Source: Clostridia bacterium (GTDB lineage Bacteria; Bacillota; Clostridia; Peptostreptococcales; Anaerovoracaceae). Taken from it: a stretch of DNA of 43,783 bases. Positions 1 through 7,773 of this stretch are shown here, one piece after another (the stretch's first letter is position 1; each line of letters begins with the position of its first letter). Position numbers and translations under genes: made by a program. A model generated the notes under the pieces. That model was not told where the DNA came from and did no database searches. It saw only the letters and a program-made list of their open reading frames with translations. The stretch lies in NCBI GenBank assembly GCA_024682015.1, contig JAIKZT010000011.1, forward strand, positions 1 through 43,783. The letters are read 5' to 3'.

Positions 1-1
1 C

Positions 2-208
2 AAGTTCGTGACGATCACGACCGACGAAGTATCCGAAGAGGCGCCCGTCCTGATCGCTTCCTACGATGCGGACGGCAGGTTCCTGGGACTCGTCGTGGTC
101 ACCGAACCCGGCGGCAGCGGCGAATCCGAAGGCGGCGCCGCTGAAGTGAAGCTCTTCTGGGTCGACGAGGCCTGCGCGCCGAAGGAAGAGGAAAAGGACC
201 TGCCCTGA
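2..208 (+). CDS. 3' end of an unidentified protein-coding gene, open at the window edge
   Basis: Frame open from base 2 to TGA at 206-208. No recognisable domain in the 68 residues. A hairpin plus T-run follows at 295-345. Confidence 0.35.
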   Translation, partial: KFVTITTDEVSEEAPVLIASYDADGRFLGLVVVTEPGGSGESEGGAAEVKLFWVDEACAPKEEEKDLP

Positions 209-293
209 GTCAGGGGACGTTTCCGCCGACTCAAGTGGAACAAGGAAACATCTCCATGTCTCATGTGATTCACTGAACTATATTTGATAGAGC

Positions 294-331
294 CAATCCG
301 AACGTCCGGTAAATGCCGAACGTTCGGATTT
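294..331 (+). promoter_or_regulatory. Inverted pair of PurBox-like sites, candidate PurR operator of the pur operon
   Basis: On the minus strand, 319-331 reads AAATCCGAACGTT, 12/13 to the PurBox consensus AWWWCCGAACWWT. On the plus strand, 294-306 reads CAATCCGAACGTC, 10/13. The boxes are inverted with a 12-nt spacer. A weak promoter, TTCCCA (348-353)-17-TGTAAT (371-376), lies just downstream. Confidence 0.4.
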
Positions 332-345
332 TCTTTGTGTTTTAT
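295..345 (+). terminator. Rho-independent terminator-like hairpin downstream of the upstream gene
   Basis: AATCCGAACGT (295-305) pairs with ACGTTCGGATT (320-330), followed by TTCTTTGTGTTTTAT. The same inverted repeat also resembles a PurBox pair (next feature). Confidence 0.5.
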
Positions 346-594
346 CGTTCCCAAATCACCACATCTGCATTGTAATCATGCCACTTTTCCTGTACATTTA
401 TTCTGTACCAATACGCATCTGAAATCTTTTTCACAGACCGATGGCCGAAGGGGTGGCCGCAGAGAGGCTCATGCCGAGAAGCGCAGTCCGAGGCGACCTC
501 GTCCGAGGCGAGCATCGCAGGGCATGAGTACGGCTGCGGACAGGACCCCGAAGGAAAATTTCACTCTAAAATGATCCAACAAAAGGAGATCCAC

Positions 595-1083
595 ATGAAA
601 AAAGTCGGCATCATCATGGGCAGCGACAGCGACGCGGGCGTGGTCAAAAAGGCCACCGACATTCTGCGGACGCTGGACGTGCCCTTTGAAGTTCACGTAT
701 ACTCGGCGCACCGCACGCCTCTGCAGGCGGCGGAATTCGCCAAGAGCGCGCAGGCAAACGGCTTCGGCGTGCTCATCGCGGCGGCCGGCATGGCGGCTCA
801 TCTGGGCGGCGTGCTCGCTTCGTACACCTGCCTGCCCGTCATCGGCATTCCCTGCAAGTCCTCCGCGCTCGAAGGAATGGATGCCCTGCTCTCCACGGTC
901 ATGATGCCGCCCGGCATCCCCGTGGCGACCGTCGCCATCGACGGCGGCGCGAACGCAGGGCTTTTGGCAGCGCAGATCCTGGCGCTGTCCGAACCTGCCC
1001 TCGCCGAAAAGCTCGCGGCCAAGCGGGCTTCGGACGCGGAAAAGGTCCTGGAAAAAGACGCGCGCATTTTAGAAAAACTATAG
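595..1083 (+). CDS. purE: N5-carboxyaminoimidazole ribonucleotide mutase (PurE, class I-like SAHRTP motif)
   Basis: MKKVGIIMGSDSD..., SAHRTP and GIPC motifs. AAGGAG RBS at 583-588 before ATG 595. The track ORF starts at 571, but the internal ATG has the RBS. Confidence 0.9.
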   Translation: MKKVGIIMGSDSDAGVVKKATDILRTLDVPFEVHVYSAHRTPLQAAEFAKSAQANGFGVLIAAAGMAAHLGGVLASYTCLPVIGIPCKSSALEGMDALLSTVMMPPGIPVATVAIDGGANAGLLAAQILALSEPALAEKLAAKRASDAEKVLEKDARILEKL

Positions 1084-1092
1084 GAGGCAGCC

Positions 1093-2529
1093 ATGGGCGG
1101 ATTTTTCGGCATCACTTCTTCCAAGGACGTCGTCCTGGACGTCTTCTTCGGAACAGACTATCACTCGCATCTGGGCACGAAGCGCGGCGGCATGGCCGCC
1201 TGGGACGCTCAGATCGGCCTGCAGCGCGAGATCCACAACATCGAAAACTCCCCGTTCCGCACGAAATTCGACCACGTGCTGGACGAAATGCGGGGAACGG
1301 CGGCCATCGGCTGCATTTCCGACACCTATCCCCAGCCGCTGCTGATCCGGTCCAACCTGGGTGTATACGCCATCACGACGATCGGCGTCATCAACAACGC
1401 AGCGGACCTCATCGACAACTACCTGTCCTTCTCCGGCGGACACTTCGACGTCATGACCGGCGGCCAGGTGAACGGCACAGAGCTCATCGCGGCGCTCATC
1501 AACCAGAAGAGCACGTTTGAGGAAGGCATCAGTTTCGCGCAGAAAAGCATCGAAGGGACGGCCAACATCCTCATCCTCAAGAACAACGGCAGCCTCATCG
1601 CCGCCCGCGACCGCCTCGGCCGCATCCCCGTCAAGATCGGCAAGAACGAGGAAGGCTACGCGGTCTCGTTCGAGGACTTCGCCTATCAGAAGCTCGGCTT
1701 CGACGACTACAAGGAGCTCGGCCCCGGCGAGATCGTCGAGGTCACCCCAAAGCAGGTGAAGCAGCTGAAGGCGCCCGGCAAGAAGAAGCGCATCTGCGCG
1801 TTCCTGTGGAGTTACTTCGGCTACCCGACCGCCACGTATGAGGGGGTCACCGTCGAGGCGATGCGCTACCGCAACGGCGCAATCATGGCGGAGAACGACC
1901 TGAAGCGTGAAGGCGGCCGGGAGCTGATCGACGCGATCGACTACATCGGCGGTGTGCCCGATTCCGGAACGCCCCACGCCATCGGCTATTCTAACTGCAG
2001 CGAAAAGCCGTTCGCGCGGGCCTTCATCAAGTACACGCCCACCTGGTCGCGCAGTTTCATGCCCACAAACCAGAAGGACCGCAACAAGATCGCCGAGATG
2101 AAGCAGATCCCCGTGAAGGAGCTCATCAAGGACAAGGACCTGCTGTTCGTCGACGACTCCATCGTGCGCGGCACGCAGCTGCGCGAGACCGTCGAATTCC
2201 TGTACAAGAGCGGCGCGAAGGCCGTGCACATGCGCTCCGCCTGCCCGCCCATCATGTACGGCTGCAAATACCTGAACTTCTCGCGCTCCATCTCCGACAT
2301 GGAGCTGCTGGCGCGGCGCGTGATCCTCGAGCTCGAAGGGCCGGAAGGCTTCCAGCACATCGATGAGTACGCCGATGACAAGACCGAGCGCGGCAAGAAG
2401 CTGCGCGAAACGATCTGCGAAAAGTTCAACTTCTCTTCCCTCGAATTTCAGACGCTCGAAGGCGTCATCGAAGCCATAGGCCTGCCCGAGTGCGACCTGT
2501 GCACCTATTGCTGGAACGGCAAAGAATAA
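1093..2529 (+). CDS. purF: Amidophosphoribosyltransferase-like protein (divergent PurF; N-terminus MGGFFG, no Cys after Met)
   Basis: PRTase motif [14 protein letters not shown]. Cys cluster [12 protein letters not shown] ... [10 protein letters not shown]. Sits in the pur operon, with TAGGAGG RBS before ATG 1093. Confidence 0.8.
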   Translation: MGGFFGITSSKDVVLDVFFGTDYHSHLGTKRGGMAAWDAQIGLQREIHNIENSPFRTKFDHVLDEMRGTAAIGCISDTYPQPLLIRSNLGVYAITTIGVINNAADLIDNYLSFSGGHFDVMTGGQVNGTELIAALINQKSTFEEGISFAQKSIEGTANILILKNNGSLIAARDRLGRIPVKIGKNEEGYAVSFEDFAYQKLGFDDYKELGPGEIVEVTPKQVKQLKAPGKKKRICAFLWSYFGYPTATYEGVTVEAMRYRNGAIMAENDLKREGGRELIDAIDYIGGVPDSGTPHAIGYSNCSEKPFARAFIKYTPTWSRSFMPTNQKDRNKIAEMKQIPVKELIKDKDLLFVDDSIVRGTQLRETVEFLYKSGAKAVHMRSACPPIMYGCKYLNFSRSISDMELLARRVILELEGPEGFQHIDEYADDKTERGKKLRETICEKFNFSSLEFQTLEGVIEAIGLPECDLCTYCWNGKE

Positions 2530-2539
2530 GGAGACACGC

Positions 2540-3586
2540 ATGAAGAATTCCCAATCCGCAAGCTACGCCGCGGCAGGCGTGGACATCACCGCGGGCTACA
2601 AGGCCGTGGAACTGATGAAGGAGAGCGTTAAGAGCACGTACACCCCGGGCGTCGTAGGAGACATCGGCGGCTTCGGCGGGCTGTTCATGCCCGATCTGTC
2701 CGGCATGAAGACCCCCCTGCTCGTGTCCGGCACGGACGGCGTGGGCACGAAACTGCGCATCGCCTTCCTGATGGACAAACACGACACCGTCGGCATCGAC
2801 TGCGTGGCCATGTGCGTCAACGACATCATCTGCGTCGGCGCGAAGCCCCTGTTCTTCCTCGATTACATCGCCTGCGGCAAGAACGTGCCCGAGCGCATTG
2901 CATCCATCGTGTCCGGTGTCGCGGAAGGCTGCCGGCAGGCGGGAGCGGCCCTCATCGGCGGTGAGACCGCAGAGATGCCAGGTTTCTATCCGGTGGACGA
3001 ATACGACCTGGCCGGCTATTCCACCGGCATCGTGGACCGGGACGCCATGATCGACAATAAGGCCATGAAGGCCGGCGACGTCATCATCGCCCTGCCCTCT
3101 TCGGGTGTTCATTCCAACGGATTCTCCCTCGTGCGCAAGGTATTCGACGTCGAGAACGCGGACCTGAAGAGCCCGGTCGAAAAGCTCGGCGGCAGGTCCC
3201 TGGGCGAAGCGCTGCTCGCGCCGACGAAGATCTACGTCAAACCCGTGCTGGCGCTGATGAAGGAAGTGCAGATCAAAGGCATCTCCCACATCACCGGCGG
3301 CGGTTTCTACGAAAACATCCCCAGAAGCATTCCCGAAGGGCTGTGCGCGTCCATCGACAAGGCCAGCGTCCGGGTCCTGCCCATCTTCGACCTCATCGCC
3401 GAGACGGGCGGCATCCCCGAGCGCGACATGTTCAACACGTTCAACATGGGCGTGGGCATGAGCATCGTCGTCTCCCCCGAAGACGCGGACAAGGCGCTGC
3501 AGATCCTGAAGGCAAACGGCGAAGACGCGTACGTCATCGGCACCGTAACGGAGAGCAAAAATGGCGAAGGCATCGAACTCTGTTAA
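2540..3586 (+). CDS. purM: Phosphoribosylformylglycinamidine cyclo-ligase (AIR synthetase)
   Basis: [18 protein letters not shown] and GGETAEMPG motifs; AGGAGA RBS. Confidence 0.92.
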   Translation: MKNSQSASYAAAGVDITAGYKAVELMKESVKSTYTPGVVGDIGGFGGLFMPDLSGMKTPLLVSGTDGVGTKLRIAFLMDKHDTVGIDCVAMCVNDIICVGAKPLFFLDYIACGKNVPERIASIVSGVAEGCRQAGAALIGGETAEMPGFYPVDEYDLAGYSTGIVDRDAMIDNKAMKAGDVIIALPSSGVHSNGFSLVRKVFDVENADLKSPVEKLGGRSLGEALLAPTKIYVKPVLALMKEVQIKGISHITGGGFYENIPRSIPEGLCASIDKASVRVLPIFDLIAETGGIPERDMFNTFNMGVGMSIVVSPEDADKALQILKANGEDAYVIGTVTESKNGEGIELC

Positions 3587-4244
3587 GCGGCCTGACCCGC
3601 CCAAAGCCCGCATCGCCGTGCTCATCTCCGGCGGCGGCACGAACCTGCAGGCCATCCTGGACGCCCAGAAGGGCGGGCTTCTCACCGACGGCGAGGTCAC
3701 GCTCGTCATCAGCAACCGCAGCGGCGCCTTCGGCCTTGAGCGCGCGAAGAACGCGGGCGTACCGGCTCTGACGATCACCAGGAAGGGCTGCGGCAGCCAG
3801 GAGGCTTTTGAAGACGCCCTCATGAAGGCTCTCGACGAGAACCGCACCGACCTCATCGTGCTGGCCGGCTGGCTCGCGATCCTGTCCGAGCGCTTTACCC
3901 GCCATTACGAACAGCGCATCATCAACATCCACCCGGCGCTCATCCCGAGTTTCTGCGGCGAAGGCTTCTACGGGCTGAAGGTCCACGAAGCGGCCCTCGC
4001 CAAAGGGGTCAAGGTGAGCGGCGCTACGGTGCACTACGTCAACGAGATCCCCGACGGCGGCGCGATCATCGCGCAAAAGGCCGTGCGGGTCTACCCGGGC
4101 GACACGCCCGAAAAACTGCAGCTGCGCATCATGAAGCAGGCTGAATGGAAGCTGCTTCCCAAGGCCGCGCAGGACATTTCCAGACAGATACGCCTGGGGG
4201 CTCACCCGGGCTTTGCGAAGCCCGCCCGCGGGCAGAACGAATAA
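3561..4244 (+). CDS. purN: Phosphoribosylglycinamide formyltransferase
   Basis: [26 protein letters not shown] and GATVHYV motifs. GGAGAG RBS; overlaps the purM end by 26 nt. Has a C-terminal extension of about 35 aa. Confidence 0.88.
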   Translation: MAKASNSVKRPDPPKARIAVLISGGGTNLQAILDAQKGGLLTDGEVTLVISNRSGAFGLERAKNAGVPALTITRKGCGSQEAFEDALMKALDENRTDLIVLAGWLAILSERFTRHYEQRIINIHPALIPSFCGEGFYGLKVHEAALAKGVKVSGATVHYVNEIPDGGAIIAQKAVRVYPGDTPEKLQLRIMKQAEWKLLPKAAQDISRQIRLGAHPGFAKPARGQNE

Positions 4245-4257
4245 GGAGGACAAACGC

Positions 4258-4977
4258 ATGGACATTTACGCAATCCCTCAGATCGCAGACCGCATCCGGG
4301 GCAATTCCTACGTAGGCCGCGGCATCGTGCTCGGCGAGAGCGAGGACGGCAAGTGCGCCGTTGCCGCGTATTTCATCATGGGCCGCAGCGCCAACAGCCG
4401 CAACCGCATCTTCACCGTGAAGGACGGCGAAGTCTTCACGGAACCGTTTGACGCCTCCAAAGTCGAAGATCCCAGCCTCATCATCTACGCGGCTGTGCGC
4501 TCCTACGAGAATCACCTCATCGTGACGAACGGCGACCAGACCGACACGATCTACGAAGGACTCGCCAAGGGCAAGTGCATCCGCGGCAGCCTGAAAGAAC
4601 GCTGCTTCGAGCCGGACGCGCCGAACTTCACGCCGCGCATTTCCGGAGACATGGAGTTCGCAGAAGGCGGCCTCGCCTATCACATGAGCATCCTCAAGAG
4701 CATCGACGCGGAAGGCACGGACTGCTGCCGGTTCACGTTCGACTATCCGGCCAAGGCAGGCCTCGGCCACTTCCTGCACACGTACGTCTGCGACGGCAGC
4801 CCCATCCCCACGTTCCAGGGAGAACCCGAGCGGGTCGCGATCCCCTCGGACATCGATGCCTTCACGGATGACCTTTGGGATGCGCTCGACGCGGACAACA
4901 AGATCTCGCTGTACGTGCGCTACACCGATTTAGAGACGAAAGAATACAAAGAGAGACTGATCAATAAGAACAAATAG
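4258..4977 (+). CDS. purO: IMP cyclohydrolase, archaeal PurO type
   Basis: YVGRGIVLG..., AAYFIMGRSANSRNR, IVTNGDQTDTI and NFTPRISG resemble the PurO family. AAGGAGG RBS before ATG 4258; the track ORF start at 4213 lacks an RBS. Confidence 0.8.
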   Translation: MDIYAIPQIADRIRGNSYVGRGIVLGESEDGKCAVAAYFIMGRSANSRNRIFTVKDGEVFTEPFDASKVEDPSLIIYAAVRSYENHLIVTNGDQTDTIYEGLAKGKCIRGSLKERCFEPDAPNFTPRISGDMEFAEGGLAYHMSILKSIDAEGTDCCRFTFDYPAKAGLGHFLHTYVCDGSPIPTFQGEPERVAIPSDIDAFTDDLWDALDADNKISLYVRYTDLETKEYKERLINKNK

Positions 4978-5039
4978 ACAGCCAACTGTCGGGCAGAACA
5001 GACGGTATCACCACGACAAACTCTGAAGAAATCGTCTGT

Positions 5040-5183
5040 GGGCACGGTTTTCGAGCGGATTAAGTTCCGGACGCGCGCTGAAGCGCTGCGGCGAAGCGGT
5101 GTCTGAGGCCGGTTTTGCATAGACAGAACCGGCCGAGTTCGCGAAGCTGCGCCGGAACTTCACGCGATGAAAACCGATTGCCC
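5040..5183 (+). other. Nested-helix (rod-like) structured element in the purO-purH spacer
   Basis: Three nested complementary pairs: 5040-5051/5170-5183, 5062-5070/5152-5160 (AAGTTCCGG/CCGGAACTT) and 5107-5114/5127-5134 (GGCCGGTT/AACCGGCC). No T-run follows. Confidence 0.4.
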
Positions 5184-5287
5184 GCCAGATTTCTGAAGGT
5201 GCGGAGAGGCGATCACGTCTGAGCTGTCTGAATACACATACATCGTTTATCGTTTGGTTATTGTTTGTTATATACAGGAGCATCTTT

Positions 5288-6472
5288 ATGAAAGAATTCG
5301 AACTGAAATACGGCTGCAACCCCAACCAGAAGCCGGCAAAGATCTACATGGAAGACGGCAGCGAACTGCCCCTGCAGATCCTGAACGGCCGCCCCGGCTA
5401 CATCAATTTTCTCGACGCACTCAACTCCTGGCAGCTCGTCAAGGAGCTGAAGGAAGCCACCGGCCTGCCTTCCGCGGCCAGTTTCAAGCATGTCAGCCCC
5501 ACGTCTGCCTCCGTCGGCCTCGTCCTGCCCGAGAAGCTGAAGAAAGCGTGCTTCGTGGACGACATCGAAGGGCTGGACGACTCCCCCATCGCCTGCGCCT
5601 ACGCCCGGGCCCGCGGCACGGACCGCATGTGCTCGTTCGGCGACTGGGTCGCCCTGTCCGATACCTGCGACGCGACTGCGGCCCGCATCATCAAGCGAGA
5701 GGTCTCCGACGGGGTCATCGCGCCGGGCTACACGGATGAAGCGCTGGAGATCCTGAAACAAAAGCGCAAGGGCTCCTACAACGTCGTGCAGATCGAGGCG
5801 GACTACGTGCCCGATCCCCAGGAAAAGAAGCAGGTGTTCGGCATCGTCTTCGAGCAAGGCCGCAACAACTTCAAGATCGACCGCGCGCTGCTTTCCAACA
5901 TTGTCACCGCCAACAAGGAGCTGCCCGATGACGCCGCCAGAGACCTCATCGTCGCGCTCATTACCCTGAAATACACGCAGTCCAACTCCGTCTGCTTCGC
6001 CTACGGCGGGCAGGCCATCGGCGTCGGCGCCGGCCAGCAGTCCCGCGTGCACTGCACGAGGCTCGCCGGAAGCAAGGCCGACACCTGGCTGCTGCGCCAG
6101 TCCGACAAGGTGCTGAACCTGCCGTTCAAGGAAGGCCTGGGCCGCGCGGACCGCGATAACGCCATCGACGGCTACATCAACCAGAACGAGCTGGACGTCT
6201 GCGCCGAAGGCAACTGGCAGCGCTACTTCAGCGAGCAGCCCGAGCCGTTCACGAAGGAGGAGCAGAAGGCCTACCTTTCAACGATCGACGGCATCGCCCT
6301 CGGATCCGACGCGTTCTTCCCCTTCGACGACAACATCGAGCGGGCGAAGCTCTCCGGCGTCAAGTACATCGCCGAGCCCGGCGGCTCCGTGCGCGACGAC
6401 CTCGTCATCGGGTGCTGCGACAAGTACGGCATGGTCATGGCCTTTACCGGCATGCGCCTGTTCCACCACTAA
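5288..6472 (+). CDS. purH: AICAR formyltransferase (PurH transformylase domain only, no MGS/IMPCH domain)
   Basis: LKYGCNPNQ, SFKHVSP and GGSVRD motifs of the AICARFT domain. AGGAG RBS at 5276-5280 before ATG 5288. Confidence 0.88.
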   Translation: MKEFELKYGCNPNQKPAKIYMEDGSELPLQILNGRPGYINFLDALNSWQLVKELKEATGLPSAASFKHVSPTSASVGLVLPEKLKKACFVDDIEGLDDSPIACAYARARGTDRMCSFGDWVALSDTCDATAARIIKREVSDGVIAPGYTDEALEILKQKRKGSYNVVQIEADYVPDPQEKKQVFGIVFEQGRNNFKIDRALLSNIVTANKELPDDAARDLIVALITLKYTQSNSVCFAYGGQAIGVGAGQQSRVHCTRLAGSKADTWLLRQSDKVLNLPFKEGLGRADRDNAIDGYINQNELDVCAEGNWQRYFSEQPEPFTKEEQKAYLSTIDGIALGSDAFFPFDDNIERAKLSGVKYIAEPGGSVRDDLVIGCCDKYGMVMAFTGMRLFHH

Positions 6473-6484
6473 GGAGGTCCTTGC

Positions 6485-7768
6485 ATGCGAATTTTAGTCA
6501 TCGGCGGAGGCGGGCGTGAACACGCCATCATCCGCAAGATCAAGGAGAATCCCGAGGTCAGCGCCATCTACGCCCTGCCCGGCAACGGAGGCATCGCGGC
6601 GGACGCCTACTGCGTGGACGTCAAGGCCACGGACCTCGAAGGCATCAAGGCCTTTGCGGCGGGTCACCCCGTGGACTATGCCGTAGTCGCGCCGGACGAT
6701 CCCCTCGCGGCAGGCTGCGTGGACATGCTCGAAGGCATGGGCATCCCGTGCTTCGGACCCCGCGCGAATGCGGCCATCATCGAGGCCAGCAAAGTCTTCG
6801 CGAAGGACCTGATGAAGAAATACGGCATCCCCACGGCGCGGTACGAAACGTTTGACGACATGGGCAAAGCCCTCGCCTACCTGGAGGACGCGCCCATTCC
6901 CACCGTCATCAAGGCGGACGGCCTGGCGCTCGGCAAGGGCGTCATCATCGCCCAGACGCGGGAGGAAGCCAGGGCAGCCGTCGTCTCCATGATGCAGGAC
7001 AAACAGTTCGGCAAGAGCGGCGAGCGCATCGTCATCGAGGAATTCCTCGAAGGGCCGGAGGTCTCCGTGCTGTCGTTTACGGACGGCAAGACCATCGTGC
7101 CCATGGTCTCCTCGATGGACCACAAGCGCATAGGCGACGGCGACACGGGGCTGAACACGGGCGGCATGGGCACCATCGCCCCGAACCCGTATTATACGCC
7201 TGCCATCGCGAAGCGCTGCATGGACGAGATCTTCCTGCCCACCGTCGCTGCGATGAACGCCGAAGGCCGTCCGTTCAAGGGCTGCCTGTACTTCGGCCTC
7301 ATGATCTGCCAGGACGGGCCGAAGGTGATCGAATACAATTGCCGCTTCGGCGACCCCGAGACGCAGGTCGTGCTGCCGCTGCTGGAAAGCGATCTGCTCA
7401 CCGTCATGCGCGCCGTTACGGAGGAGCGCCTCGATGAGACCGAGGTGAAGTTCGCGGACAAGTCCGCCTGCTGCGTCATCCTGGCGTCCGGCGGCTATCC
7501 TGGCGCCTATCCGAAGGGCTTTCCCATGGACATCCCCGCCGACGTGCTCCCGCACACCTATGTTGCGGGCGCCGCGATGAAGGACGGACAGCTCGTCACG
7601 GCCGGCGGCAGAGTGCTGGGGGTCACCGCCGTGGCGGACGACCTGCCCAAGGCCATCGAAGAAGCCTACGAAATGGCCGGCCGCGTGCGCTTTGAAGGCG
7701 CGTACAAGAGAAACGATATCGGCGCGAGGGCGCTGCAGGCCCTTGGCAGCAAGCAGACGGAGGAATAG
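6485..7768 (+). CDS. purD: Phosphoribosylamine-glycine ligase
   Basis: MRILVIGGGGREHA N-terminus and ATP-grasp core; AAGGAGG RBS. Confidence 0.93.
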   Translation: MRILVIGGGGREHAIIRKIKENPEVSAIYALPGNGGIAADAYCVDVKATDLEGIKAFAAGHPVDYAVVAPDDPLAAGCVDMLEGMGIPCFGPRANAAIIEASKVFAKDLMKKYGIPTARYETFDDMGKALAYLEDAPIPTVIKADGLALGKGVIIAQTREEARAAVVSMMQDKQFGKSGERIVIEEFLEGPEVSVLSFTDGKTIVPMVSSMDHKRIGDGDTGLNTGGMGTIAPNPYYTPAIAKRCMDEIFLPTVAAMNAEGRPFKGCLYFGLMICQDGPKVIEYNCRFGDPETQVVLPLLESDLLTVMRAVTEERLDETEVKFADKSACCVILASGGYPGAYPKGFPMDIPADVLPHTYVAGAAMKDGQLVTAGGRVLGVTAVADDLPKAIEEAYEMAGRVRFEGAYKRNDIGARALQALGSKQTEE

Positions 7769-7773
7769 TGCAT

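Noticed and set aside
284-574. 96-aa plus-strand ORF upstream of purE
   Set aside because: There is no RBS, and the reading spans the terminator/PurBox hairpin and the structured leader. Composition is Arg/Pro/His-rich, as expected for noncoding GC-rich sequence.
1078-2541. 487-aa minus-strand ORF antisense to purF. Similar long shadow ORFs: 2465-3856, 5258-6052, 6494-7555, 9556-11502, 14018-17341, 17917-19098, 20563-22140, 28632-29675, 30095-31861, 31803-33464, 39235-40566 and 41114-42472.
   Set aside because: These are typical high-GC shadow frames. They are Arg/Ala/Gly/Val-rich with no recognisable motifs or RBS. Each fully overlaps a gene with clear family motifs and RBS on the opposite strand or in another frame.
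4978-5287. ZTP (pfl) riboswitch upstream of purH, and purine or PRPP riboswitches upstream of purE (380-594)
   Set aside because: The conserved cores (ACUGGCG ... CCGCCUGGGC for ZTP, the UAUA...CUACC three-way junction for purine, GGGUUCCG/GGUCCGAGAG/ACACGG for ykkC) are not present on the sense strand by eye. A covariance-model scan is still needed.
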